Shown piece after piece: positions 1-12,595 of a DNA stretch of 64,000 bases. The stretch spans positions 3,658,001 to 3,722,000 of the forward strand of contig JBHGNT010000005.1 of the NCBI GenBank assembly GCA_043228905.1, given 5' to 3'. Both the position numbers and the translations under genes were made by a program. The notes beneath the pieces were generated by a model. The model was not told where the DNA came from. It made no database searches and saw only the letters and a program-made list of their open reading frames with translations. Within the stretch, counting starts at the first letter, position 1. Every line of letters starts with the position of its first letter. Source of the stretch: Azolla caroliniana. Taxonomy: Eukaryota > Plantae > Polypodiophyta.

Positions 1-3000
1 AACCAATACAGCAGATTTCTCACATATGACTTCCCAATCAAGTTTGTGAGATCCAAGGCTCATAAAAGGTTTCCCTTTTGAACAAATTCTGAGATAAATT
101 TAAGAGAGAACCGATTGTTTTTAGAGTTTTGAAGAGCAAATGCTGATTAGTAAAGTAAGAAAATTTTATATTTTTATCTTTTTGAAAGGATGCTTCTTTT
201 AACAGACATGTCGAAGAGGATATACTTGAGTAGATGCATTGAGAACAAATAGAAGAAATGGAGAGCTCCAATGGGTGATCTTGAATTTTGGTTACAGATA
301 AAAGATTGTAGGACCTAGGTTCACCAATGATGTAAATGGTGAAACTAACAATGGCAAACATTGTGTGTCTACCAACCATGTTTCATGTTGGATATCTTTA
401 TCATTCAAATGTTTTTATTTTAAAATAGCAACCATCATAACGGGATGCTGTTTTAACTCTTTTATGACAATTATATATTAACCATTTTCTTCTTTCCTTT
501 ATTACTAGCTCCGCAGAATTCTTGATAACATTTCATGACCAGTGTGAAACAACAGAAGACCAACTGTCCTGAGAGCAGATGAGGTTAAGAAAGCTAGAAA
601 TAAATTCCTGTGTACTAAAGCTCTAAACTCAAAAGTTACTTTAGAGTTAGCAGTTAGACCCCACATATAGTCAGTTAAAGGCTATAAACACTAAGATTTG
701 TTTTTTACAAGGTGATAACATGAACAACACTTGCCTTATTCAGAAAACCCTCTTTTAATGAAGAACTGGACATTCAACTGTGGGGCTAATTTAGAGTTAG
801 TTTTAGTGTGTTGAAATTTGTAGGTCTAAATAGATAGTTGAAATTTATAGATCTACTGGCTTATTAGTTCTCTTTGCCTACTATACTGCGTGAAGAATAC
901 CTTGGAGGCTCTACAGGTGGATTTCCAATTATTCCCTCGATATGTAAAATAAAGGTCTTAATAAAGGAGTTGAATTTATTTCAGTAACAGGGTTCCAACC
1001 ACTTGTTTCTCTGAATTCTGCTATACTCTTCACATCCCAGTTACTTTGGTGGTGGTTCAGCACAAGAGGCTATGGCTGGAATTCCTATAGGCCAAGGAAG
1101 TATTTGGGACAATGCAAAACGGCTTGGTCAATCCTATATACAAAACTATTGGCCTGCAATCTGATTTGCAAGGGCCTCTTGTAGATATTGGACACTCTAA
1201 TATGGCTGGAAGAACAATTTTTGGAAGGCTCTTGTGGAAATATTGGAGCTCTTCAACCATATGTGGGACTTTGGTGGTGGTTCAGCACGAGAGGCTATGG
1301 CTGGAATTCCTATAGGCCAAGGAAGTATTTGGAACAATGCAAAACGGCTTGGTCAATCCTATATACAAAACTATTAGCCTGCAATCTGGTTTGCAAGGGC
1401 CTCTTGTAGATATTGGACACTCTAATATGGCTGGAAGAACAATTTTTGGAAGGCTCTTGTGGAAATATTGGAGTTCTAATATGACTGGAAGATTATATGA
1501 CCACTTGATACATTTAGGAAAAGTAAAGGATTATGAGGAAGGTGGGGCAGGGTTTCAGGTTTAGGAAGTTTGAAACTCTTAGCATTACAAGATAAACTAA
1601 AGGCTCTAGCTTTACACAATCTGATGAGGAATATAACGAAAGAAAACTTCACAGAATCCTCAAACGTGCTGAACAGTAACGTGTCATTGGGGTGGACCCA
1701 CATTGTTGATTCAGTATCAATCACTTCATGTGTTCAAATCAACATGCTTTCTTGTTAACATTGGCCTGGCACAAGTTGGATGCATGCAATCATCAAAATT
1801 CTCGAATAGGATATAAAAGAAAGTCCAATGGAAAGATGCACAGAATCCTCAAAAGTGTCGAAGGGCAATGTGTCATAGGAGTCATAGGGGTGGACCCACA
1901 GATTTGATTCAATCAATTGCTTCAAGGGTTGAATTCAACATGCTTTCTCGTTGACATTGGCCTGGCACAAGTTGGATCCATGCAATCATCAAAATTCTCG
2001 AATAGAATCAAAAAGAAAGTCCAATGGAAAGATGCACAGAATCCTGAAAAGTGCCGAAGGGCAATGTATCATAGGGTTGGACCCACAGTGTTGATTCAAT
2101 ATCAATCGCTTCATGGGTTGAATTCAGAACTGAAATAACTATGTTCTTTAAGAAAAAGGAACAACCTTCTTCAAAAAACCGATAGAAAAGTTGTGCTATC
2201 TCATAAAACCAAAAAAGAATATGAAAAGTTCTGCCAGAGATAATCCATAGGGATCTCTCCTGGGGTTCAAAAAATGATTTCGAGAATACTGGTATCAGAA
2301 TATATGCATTTGTGCATAAGACTTTGCTTGAAAGCACCGTCACTGGTGTTGGTTCCCAGCATCTCACAAACGATTCCAACAATCGGATGTCAAGATGGGC
2401 TTAGATAGAATGGAACATGCAAATAAAAGCAATCACCAAGTACAACATCTCAAAAAGCCACAGAATACCCATCCCCATAGCCCAAACGATGATACATGTT
2501 CTTGTCTCTACCTACACTCACTTCTTGCTGTGTTTAGACATGTTTTGGCTTTTTGACCTTTATCATCTTATTGTTGTGCCTACTTAGATTCATGTAGAGC
2601 ATATAATTATATATCGATGTATGACACGTCTATATGTATGTACATGTGTGTATGAATGCATACATACATATATGTATGTCTGCATGCATGCACAGATGGA
2701 TAAATGCATGAATGTATGTATATATGTGAGTTTTCAATATGTTGTTTCCAACTTAACTCCATCTCCATTTCTTTTGAAATGACAATTACTCATGCATTTT
2801 CCATTCATTCTCTAACTTTCTTCCATAATAGAAGCGGTGACAAGCTCAAGCTGTTATATAGGCCATCCCTAAGCCAAAGTATCCTCTTCACATCCTTAGG
2901 AAAGAGAATGTCGAACAAAACAACATAAAGTAGGCCAATGACCTCAAGCAAGGATGGCACAACCTCAGCAAAATCCACCATCATCAGGTGAAGAAATGTA

Positions 3001-5426
3001 TTTATTCAATACCAATTTAACCAACACAACAGATTTAGACCTTTCATGGTACCTAGATATCAGCGCTACTCATCACATGGCATTCGACAAAATGTACCTA
3101 ACACAATACAAAGAGCTTACCACACCCCTAGATGTCCACCTTGGAGATAACAGCATCAGACATGCCCAAGGATATGGCACCCTCACCTTTAGTCTATTCA
3201 ACAACAATCATCTTCACATTCATAGAGTTTACTTTGTACCAGGACTCACAAAGAAACTCTTATCAGTAAGTCAAGCAACAGAATGAAACTCACACTCACC
3301 TTCAAAGGTAATTCTTGTCTCTTCCAATCTCAACTCTCAAATGGCACATCATATACAATTCCTTGTTTCAAAACACAAAACCTATGCCCAATTCACATCA
3401 CACCCATCAACATATCAAATGCCTCTCGTCAAATCAATGACACTGGAATTCAAAACACCCTCAAATGGCATCTTAGGTTAGGTCAACCACATCTTCAAGC
3501 CCTTCATAAGATCCGAACACGCAACCTTGCCAGAGGAATAATAGGTCCTCTCACCCAACTATCCTTTTGTGAAGGTTGCCTCTTCGGAAAAATGACCTCC
3601 AATCCATATCCTCGTTCAACCCAATACACAACAAATCCCCTCCAACTCATCCACACAGATCTATGTGGACCAATGCCGACTCCTTCCCTCACCGGAGATC
3701 TTTACTTTCTCACATTTATCAATGACTACACCATCATCACTTTCCTCAAAAAGAAATCTGATGCCCTATCCCATTTCTTAGCCTACAAAAATCTTGTTGA
3801 AAACCAATTAAATCAAAAAATCAAAATCCTACCAAGTGATAATGGAGGCGAATTCACTTCGAACGAATTCGATAACATACTACAATCACAAGGAATCCTT
3901 CATCAGACAACCATACCACATCATCCTCAACAAAATAGAAAAGCCAAGAGAGAGAATAGAACACTCATGGATGCTGCTGGATTAATGCTAAAAACTGCAA
4001 ACCTCCCAAACTCTTTTTGAGAAGAAGCCGTGGCAACAGCCTACTATTTACAAAATAGATTGCCTACGACAACACTCAGCTCTCAAACACCATTCGAAAA
4101 ATGGTCAGGTATCAAACCCGATCTCCCTCACCTAAAGATCTTTGGCAGTACAGCATACTCATATGTACCCAATGCAACCAAAAATAAACTAGAAGATCAG
4201 GCAACCAAACAAATTTTCATCGGCTATGGTGACTCTTTCGGCAAGAAAGGATATCACCTTTACAATCCAATCACATGTAAGTTCCAATTTAGTAGAAGTT
4301 GCATCTTTGATGAAACTTCTATCTTGTCACCACCACCCCGAGTCACTTCTCTTGAACCACCTAATCATAACTCAGAAAACCTAACCCTTGATGAATATGA
4401 ATCTTTAGATGATATATTAGACATAATGAGTCACATAACTAATACTAATAACAAACAACCCAGACCACATTTACCTTCTCTACAACCCTTTCAAGAACCT
4501 ACTCCAATGCTTACTCCTCAAATACCCATCCCCCCACAACTTTCCTCCAAACCCATTCCAACTCACACACCACCAAGCTCCTCAATACAAAGCTATCAAA
4601 ATTCTCCACCCAAACACAAATCTGTTCCACGCACTTCAGCAAGGCTAAATGAACCAAAGAAGATCAACCAATCCTCGTCATCAATTATACTCCTACAAAT
4701 CAACAAGTTGCTGATTTTCTCACAAAAGCAACAATGGAATCATGACAATAATATAAGGTTTATGTTCTAGAATTTCCTAGAAATTCACATAAAAGCAACA
4801 ATAGTAAAAGGTACCATGATTTATTTCAATAGAAATTAGCAAGTTTTACCTTTGTACCAAGTGCAGATCCAGGAAACGTCATGGATGATGCAAATTCATT
4901 AGGACCTGTAAGGTTTTCAACCATAAAAAAGGAAACGGCTTAAACCTAAGAACTATGAGGAAGATATGTATGATATTATAACACCTCATGAAACTAGTAT
5001 GCATGGAGTGCACCATAAATATGCATTATAACAAAGTTAATTTCATCATATCATATGATGACATCAATGTATGTGCATATTTCCACCTGCGCATGGCAAG
5101 GAAGATAAATATTCTTCAGTAGATGTGAACCTGTCAGGATCGGCATTCAGATCAGAGTCCGTTGCGAGGACACAGAGAGAAAGAGTAGATGATGTGAAGG
5201 AGGTAGGAAGACATGTGTTAGCACGGTGCAGCTGTGGTGCAGGCAGGCATGGAGAAGTAGACGCAGCACAACGGCACAACAACCAACGATGTCTCATAGT
5301 CGTCGTCATGAGACGTGCTCTAATGTCAGCATCTTTCAAGGGGTAAGGTTTGATGGCAGCGGCGCCAACCATGAGGCAGGGGTAGACAGCAGCAGCAGCA
5401 GCAGCAGCCAGGGAGAATGGATGCAT
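1..5426 (-). CDS. Spliced gene of unknown product with an organellar transit-peptide-like N-terminus; continues off the left window edge
   Basis: Phase-compatible exons 5426-5087 ([10 protein letters not shown]...LSSLPCA, phase 1), 4905-4850 ([19 protein letters not shown], phase 0), 935-901 ([11 protein letters not shown], phase 2) and 88-<1 ([30 protein letters not shown]), all with GT donors and AG acceptors. The N-terminus is Ala/Ser/Thr/Arg-rich. No family recognised, and extra exons (e.g. about 483-568) are possible. Confidence 0.55.
1043..1478 (+). repeat. Near-perfect 225-bp tandem duplication of a LINE-like fragment
   Basis: ctttggtggtggttcagcac...gtggaaatattggag occurs at about 1043 and 1268, and ORFs 1112 and 1337 encode almost identical peptides. 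One frame reads ...[11 protein letters not shown]...[14 protein letters not shown], reminiscent of the post-RT region of plant LINE ORF2. Confidence 0.8.
1648..2127 (+). repeat. About 190-195-bp tandem repeat, about 2.5 copies
   Basis: cacagaatcct(c/g)aaa...ggacccaca...gattcaatc...caacatgcttt...cattggcctggcacaagttgga recurs at about 1649, 1839 and 2035. Confidence 0.85.
2954..4770 (+). mobile_element. Degenerate Ty1/copia LTR-retrotransposon fragment (protease, GAG-pre-integrase, integrase; RT/RNaseH missing)
   Basis: Protease motif [11 protein letters not shown]...VHLGDNS...[20 protein letters not shown] zinc finger WHLRLGQP...CEGCLFGK. Integrase IHTDLCGP / YFLTFIND / SDNGGEF / [11 protein letters not shown], then [10 protein letters not shown]...FIGY...KGYHLYNP. 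Frameshift at about 3283 and TGG>TGA stop at 4018-4020. Confidence 0.95.
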
Positions 5427-5429
5427 TCT

Positions 5430-5918
5430 GTTTCTCTCTCCCTTTCTGTCTCTGTCTCTGTCTCTGTCTCTGTTTCTCTATGTCTATGTCTATGTATATG
5501 TATATGTATATGTATATGTCTATGTCTATGTATATGTCTGTGTCTCTGTGTCTCTGTCTCTGTCTGTATCTGTGTCTGTCTGTGCGTTGCCTCCACAGCC
5601 TCTCTGTCTCTTTGCAGTGAGTTGCCAGTGAAAACAGCAGCTGCTGGCCGGGTAATTGCTGATATACATACATATATATATATACATACATATATATATG
5701 GGTAATTGCTGATATACATACATATATATATATACATACATATATATATATACATACATATATATATATACATACATATATATATATACATACATATATA
5801 TATATACATATACATACATATATATATACATATATATATACATACACATATATATATATACATACATATATATATATACATACATATATATATACATACA
5901 TACATATATATATATATA
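5430..5918. repeat. Compound microsatellite (TCTCTG)n / (TATG)n / (TA-TACA)n
   Basis: Directly visible low-complexity tracts. ggtaattgctgatatacatac is duplicated at about 5650 and 5701. Confidence 0.95.
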
Positions 5919-6109
5919 CTCATGTTGTATGTCCCACCAACAAAAGAGCATGTCCGTGTTCGTGTCCATGTGATAAGGAGAGACTCCACTCATTAGAGCT
6001 CCTTCATGCACCTTCAACTCGTACCCCTCGACCCTAGCTTTATCAGCTTATCAATTCGATTCAAAAATAATCAATCACACGTCTTGCTTTGCTTTGATCC
6101 CAAATGTAA

Positions 6110-6695
6110 GCTTACGGCTTCGTTTCTTTTCAAATATCATTAAACAGTTTGGTTTCAATTCCATTTGGTTCAAAATGTGGAGTTTAATTGCTCCAAGTGA
6201 CTCGGTTAATTGGTTGGTTGTTTTTTCGGTTCACTAATGGTTTTTTCTTTTGTTTAATATTTTAATTGATTTCACTTTAATCATTTGGTTTAGATTTGTG
6301 ATTAAACGATTCAGGTTGGTTTCAAGTTTTCCTTTTGTTGGTTTGTTGGTTTAATCACTCCAAGTGACTCGGTTTGCTGGTTTGTTGGTTTTCCACTTCA
6401 CTAATGGTTTAATTAGTTTAACTTAGATGCTTTCCAGTTTAATGGTTTTTTCTTTTGTTTAATATTTTAATTAATTTGAATTAAATCGTTTGGTTTAGAT
6501 TTGTGATTAAACTGTTCTGCTTGGTTTCAAGTTTTTCTTTTATGGTTTGGTTTCACCTTTTCCTTACATGGTTTGGTTTAAATGGCTAGGATCCAAATAT
6601 TTGATGTAAACAGCTTGTAGTTCTCATACAGTTTGATTTTTTTCATATATAAATTGTTCCGTTTCGTTTCAGGCCAAGAAACCAAACCGACCTCA
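6110..6695. repeat. T/G-rich (GGTTT/AAACC-rich) non-autonomous-element-like repeat with an internal duplication
   Basis: ctccaagtgactcggtt...ttcactaatggttt...tttggtttagatttgtgattaaac...ttggtttcaagtttt appears twice (about 6191-6330 and 6358-6537) and the region ends in aaaccaaaccgacc. Confidence 0.6.
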
Positions 6696-7914
6696 ACCCT
6701 TACCTACTTCCCGAGATCCCCTACCCTAATCGATTGATCACAAGCAATCCAAACGGGAGTACATCAACATGTAACCCTTCTCTTATTGAAAACATGTGAG
6801 ACTTTATTGCACTCCAACACTCAATAGAAGAGCCACACAATGAGAAATCACCAACACAACTTCACTTCCATTAATCCAGGCTTAAAATTTTTGAAGTGAT
6901 GAGGATACAGTGTTACACTCTTAACTTATAGTTAATAAGATAATTAAGGGGACGGAGAATGTGTACCCTTATAAAAAGGTTTATAATTTCACATTTATAC
7001 TTCATCCTTATTCAACCAATTTATATTTACGTCATTTTCACACCAGCTGTATGATTGTCATCATTACAGTAGCTCAAGGGAATCTACATAGTCTGTACTC
7101 CAGAGAAGTGCACAATTTTTCCTTACCATTCATAAACCCTGTACAAATTCCACAACATTCCTAAGAATCTGCCAACAATCTCAGAATGCCTGTTCTGTAC
7201 ATGCGTCTAAAGTTTGCCTATAAGCCTTTGAGCATGCTGGTGATAACCTCACCAATGATCCTAGAGACCCAAACTTGCATACAGATGGACTTGCCCAATG
7301 CCAATTTGGAGCATCTGCACCTATGACTAACTGTAAAAAAATATCTACCTTGCTTACCTGCATAACTAACTATAAGACCCCTAGCCATACATAACAGTAT
7401 GTAGCATCCCACTACTGTCTCTGATGCGCCATCATGAAGTTGTATACCTTCTTCCCGCTGATCCTATGACCTCTACAGTTTCTTTAAACATCATAACTTT
7501 TGATAATCAACAATTTTGTGGTATAGTTACAATTTCCTGAAAAAATCTAGATTCCAAGTTATGGGGGATAAATAATCATCCATGAACGTTATCTCAATAT
7601 AGTTTTGCAAAATATATATTTGATATGGATTTCATTCTCAGGAAATGCACAATAATACTTCAAATTTTTGCACTCAACATACCCCACCAAACATTCAATC
7701 AATAGTCCAGTTATCCATTATTACAAAAGTTTTCCTGATGCTGATGGAGATTTCTTGTATGGGCATCGGCTTCTTATTCAGAATGTCAATATGTCCTAAC
7801 TTTTTACATGGAAGTGTACATTTTCTCTGCCATTATAATCGGAAACAAGCGGTCGGAAAACTTTTCATTGATTAATGCATATTGACTCTGCTGAAGTATG
7901 ACGTAAAAACATAC

Positions 7915-8222
7915 CTCTTCGTGTGAGGCCCGTAGTGATGTTGGGGTTAATTTCCTTCCCGGCCACGTGCCTATTTTCGGCCCTTATCAAGGAGTGATGA
8001 AGCATTCCACGCAGTTTTCTCCCAACGCTGCTTCTTTCCTACCAAGATGCAAAGAAAATGGTGGAGACGCGACACCAGCATGAGCCACGTAAAGCCAAAC
8101 GAACAGCTCAGGCACAACAAAGTTGGGGTACTTACAGAAGGGTATGAAGACGAAGAAGAAGAAGAAGAAGACGGTGTGGGAGGGAAGAAGACAGAACGAC
8201 TCAGCAGAGCTTGAGTTGCCAT
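7915..8222 (-). CDS. 5' exons of a putative plastid-targeted protein gene (3' exons unresolved)
   Basis: ATG at 8222 gives MATQALLSRSVFFPPTPSSSSSSSSSYPS, then a GTAAGT...TTGGTAG intron, then ERSSVGRKLRGMLHHSLIRAENRHVAGKEINPNITTGLTRR followed by an AG|GTATGT donor at about 7914. Typical Ser-rich transit peptide. Confidence 0.5.
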
Positions 8223-9828
8223 GCTTGCTCACGATTGAAGGCAGCAGGAGGTCAGGAGAGATACCATGTACATATATATATGTACATATGCAGGAAAGAA
8301 CGGATTTTGAGCGGCAGTGCAGAGGATGGAAGGACCTGCAGGGGGGGGGTGTGAAGAGAAGGGGGGGGGGTTTATCCGTCGATCAGAGATTGTTTCTCCA
8401 AATTACATATATAACCCTCTCTTTCTCGCGAATTAAAAAGACAAAAAACTGATGTACATAGAAAGCATACACACTCTCGTGCCATGAAAACTGAGACAGA
8501 TAGAAAGCTATTCAACCTCTCATGCCATTGGCATCGGGGCAGAGCATCTACTCACCTTATGCTCGTCTAGCTATGTGTAGGAGTGTCCTTTTCATATGTA
8601 TACATAGTTGAACTCCCATATGTTGTCCACCAGAGACAAGGACTCCGATTGGGGGGGGGGGGGGGGGGGGCGGGGGATGGACCTCCTCCGGAAAGGGGAT
8701 GAGAGTTGGGTATATATATGCCGGATTCTTGTTCGTTATCTGTCGCCCCACGAGTTCAAAAGACTCCTTTCAATATGAATGGGCCCCCTTTGAAGTCTCC
8801 ATGCTTCATTTGAGCATTATCCCATGTGGGTGTCTCAAATGCTCCCTCTCTCTACAAAGTTGTCTAGAAACAATTGTTTGCAAATCAAACTACACATTGT
8901 TCCTCGAACCTTCTTTATAGGGATTGGGCTACATATGTTAACTTGACATCCACCACTAGAATAATAACATATACATGATCGATTGATATCAATGGTTAAA
9001 TATCTTGACTATGATGAGCTAAAAGTACATATCGTTAATGTGGTGGCTTTTAGACAAATGGATCTATATGTTATGAATGTTGACATGGTTATATGTTGTC
9101 CTTGAGTTGCATTGACAATAATAAACTAAAGTTCTAGCATGACAATGGATACATCATATCAAAAGGACTATGTATACATGTGTTTTGTGTTTGCATGTTG
9201 AGTTATAGGGTCACGTCCAAGAATCTTGTCCTTCTTATTAGAGTGGGATTTTTTTTCTCGTGTCGTGTGTTTTTAATTACATGTTCACGTGTGCATGTAC
9301 GACATACATCCATGTCTAGATGCGTTTATTTGTGAATGCTTTCATGTGTGTGCTTAATGAGCGTGTGTATGTGTGAGGGATGGTGTTATAAGTAATGCTC
9401 AATCTTTAAAGGTTAGCAAAATCTATAAACATATAGAATGGCTACAACCGATTGGGAGCAAGGAAATAAACTAAGGTTAGAGATAGGACAAAGGAAGATG
9501 GAACAAAAGTAAGAACAATGTCATGTATAAGACGCAAAATGTTGTCATCATAATCATCACCTATAATAATATATCCCTATCTTGACTTCAATGGTCACCT
9601 TAGTTTCTTGTTATTAAGCGTTGATTACTTTACAGCAACAAAACAAATACTTGTATACACGTTGAGCTCAACGAGAAGGCCATATGCTTTAATCTTGTTT
9701 GGTCGTCTATGTCCTGAATGTGATTATTCATCGTACATCTCAAATGTCTATTGTGTGCTAACTTTTACCACCAACCAAGTTCAATTGAAAATCAACTTAT
9801 GATACATGTTGTTATCGAGCACCATGAC

Positions 9829-9865
<37 letters not shown>

Positions 9866-10799
9866 CCCCCCCCTTCCACGCCACGTAAATATAATATCAC
9901 CCTTTCGCCATTTTCCACAAGGCCATATGCGCTTAGAACCAAAAAAGGTGTTTGGTTTCACACACTAAGGCATGAAAAGGGTTCCCAATATTGTGAAATG
10001 GTAGTAGAAGGTGTCATGCATACTAGTAGAGTCCCCGAGATAAAACTTATTATAGGATGGTTTCATTTACTTCTCATAAATAAATATAACATTTGATTAC
10101 ATTTGTAGAAGCTATCCAAAACTCTCGGTGGAAGAGTTATGGAGCATCAATAGGAAACTTAACATGGAGAGAGAGTGAGAGTCTGTGTGTGTGCGCGCGC
10201 ACGTGGATGTGTATGATAAAAGGAGGGGCTTGTTTCTGACTCCTGCGTTTCATGAGGGATGTTGTGGGTCTCCACCCCCCCCCCCCCCCCGCAAAAATAG
10301 TTTATAGCTATTTATTGCACGTGCTAATGAGTGTGTTAGTAAGTCATGAGCAAAAGCAACACAATGACCCCACAATGTGAGTTTATGTGTTCATTCCGTA
10401 GCAACAACCTCGAAAGTTGTGAGAAGGCTTATGTGCTATTTTTCTAAAACATGGCCTACTCATTATGTGCTCATTATAATGAAACATGTTGGGCTATTGT
10501 ATTTGGACGTCGTTATTGGCGAAAGGAAAAATGTGTCGTGCATGAAAGAGATTGCTCCCTTATTGTTTTTTTCCCCACCTAAAGTACCGCCTCTTGTACA
10601 TGAAGACAATAAAATAATAATTCATTTTCTTTCCTATTGTTGTTGTTCTTGTTAGGTTTGAGTACCCATAAAATAGTAATCGCCAAATGTGTTGTGTTTT
10701 ATAAAATTATATAATATTCATGACTAATAATTGATTGTCATGCAACGCTAATTGTCACTGCAAGACGAGGTAGTTTTGAATGTTCCATTTAATGTTGTT

Positions 10800-11130
10800 T
10801 TCTTCTTCTTCTTCGTCTTACATCAAACAATCCACATATGCAAATCAAGGGTGCAAGACCACGTGAATTTCTTAACTCTAATTGACAGATATTACAACAA
10901 ATGTTTTTGAGTGGCATAATAATTGCCAGAAGGTAAGGCCGAGTTGACAAAGATGGATGGACCCATTTCAAGGATAATGTTGGGAAAAGATAACTCTTTA
11001 TGCTCACATGAAACCGAAGATAAAGGGGTTTTGCAGCAAAAGTGAAGCTCTCATTGCATGTGCATAAACCGTACATGTAGAAAGCTACTAGCATGTTGCT
11101 CAACACAAATCAAAGGGTGCAACCATTGTT
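10800..11130 (+). mobile_element. Highly decayed copia integrase relic
   Basis: Stop-riddled frame FLTLIDRYYNKCF*V...GKDNSFMLT*NRR*RGF resembles the copia FLTFIDDYSRKTWV...GKKIKxLRTDNGGEF stretch. Confidence 0.35.
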
Positions 11131-12556
11131 CCTAAACTACATACCAATAAGTGTATTGGACTCATGGCATCACAATCTCCAAACAATTGACATAAACCAC
11201 CTCAACCATGGTTTGGCCTAATCAGTATAATCTTTCTCTCTCTTTGTGTGGAATTCAAGATGTTAAATAGACATATTTTTAGTATCCACAAGAGACTTGA
11301 TTGCGATATATGGGGATATATAGGATTCTTTTTAATATCCACAAAGATTGATTGCCATTTAATATCCACAAAGATTGATTGCCATGTGTAATGGGGGGGG
11401 GGGGGGGGAGAGAGAGAAACTTGCGAGATGCCGAAATTGCCCTACGAGATAAATCATGACTACAAATATGTGTTGCTTTTATCGTCTACCAGTGGCTGAA
11501 ATTTGCCCATGAGATAAATCATGATCACAATATATGAGTTGCTATAGTTTACTTGTACGGCTTGGAAAATATCAATATTTCGTAAAGATTCATGGTGATG
11601 ATCTTAATGCTTGAGGTGGCTTTACAAACAATACCCGGTCATTGGGATGGTTTTGCAAGTCTCGTGGATGTGAAATAACTCTTTTGTATGGGTACACGAC
11701 GTCCAATGTTGATCGGTATGGTGGAATGAGAGTATGACAAAGTTAAGGTTATCAACCTACATACATCTCGATGCTTTTTTAGCAACTCGAGCACAATGAT
11801 CAATGTTTTTTCACGATTCCATGAGGGTAAGACCCATGAGCCTCGCGTCCCGGAACATGCATTTTGCCCAAGGAAAACGTCGATTTTGCAGTTAGCCTAA
11901 GAAAATAAAAACAAAGCAAGCCGGCAACAAAGCGCACGTTCGTTTTCATACACATAGCATAGCGGCATATATAAAGATGATGTGTGTAGTAGCCTAGTAG
12001 GCATATGGGACGATGCAAAATCCATGGATTTCGGAGGATGAAACAACACGGAAGAAAAGAAGGTGCGACGGAGCGCACGCGATATACGTAACTTTTACGA
12101 GGAGGAGTTGTGGGTGTACGTACTATGCGAGGTCAGTGTCCATAATGTGGAAGGGAGGGGACCTATCCATTCCACATAAACATAAACATCTACATATTAA
12201 GTACATATACATATTGTTATAATACACGTTCGTCAATGGACGCAACGTGGAACCCATTCTTTTCTATACACACAGAACACACACACACACACACACACAC
12301 AGAGGGAGGGAGGGAGCTTGTCTTCCCTAGAGTGGAGCAGAAGCAGTATAAATTCAATGGACCATGATATGCCCCCACCCAAGGCAAAACAAAACAGAAA
12401 GAAACAAAGACAGAGAAGAGAGACAGAAACCCTTAGCTTTCTGGTTCACCTAAAAAGCAAGATTGCTTTCTTGCTCACATTACAATTGCCCTGTCAGGAT
12501 TAAAAAGAACCACGAGAGCAGGTGTGCAGGAGTGCAGTAGCGGTAAGAGGAGGACC

Positions 12557-12594
<38 letters not shown>

Positions 12595-12595
12595 C

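Noticed and set aside
5994-6012. agagctccttca resembling the miR159/319 star arm
   Set aside because: No complementary mature arm is visible nearby to form the hairpin.
5226-6017. Long ORFs (159-217 aa) such as YIYVCIYIY and ETETET
   Set aside because: Artefacts of stop-free microsatellite tracts.
12524-12595. ORF-track N-terminal extension MQECSSG...ERERER of the oxidase
   Set aside because: It begins at GTG and runs through a (GA)n leader. The ATG at 12596 has the proper eukaryotic context.
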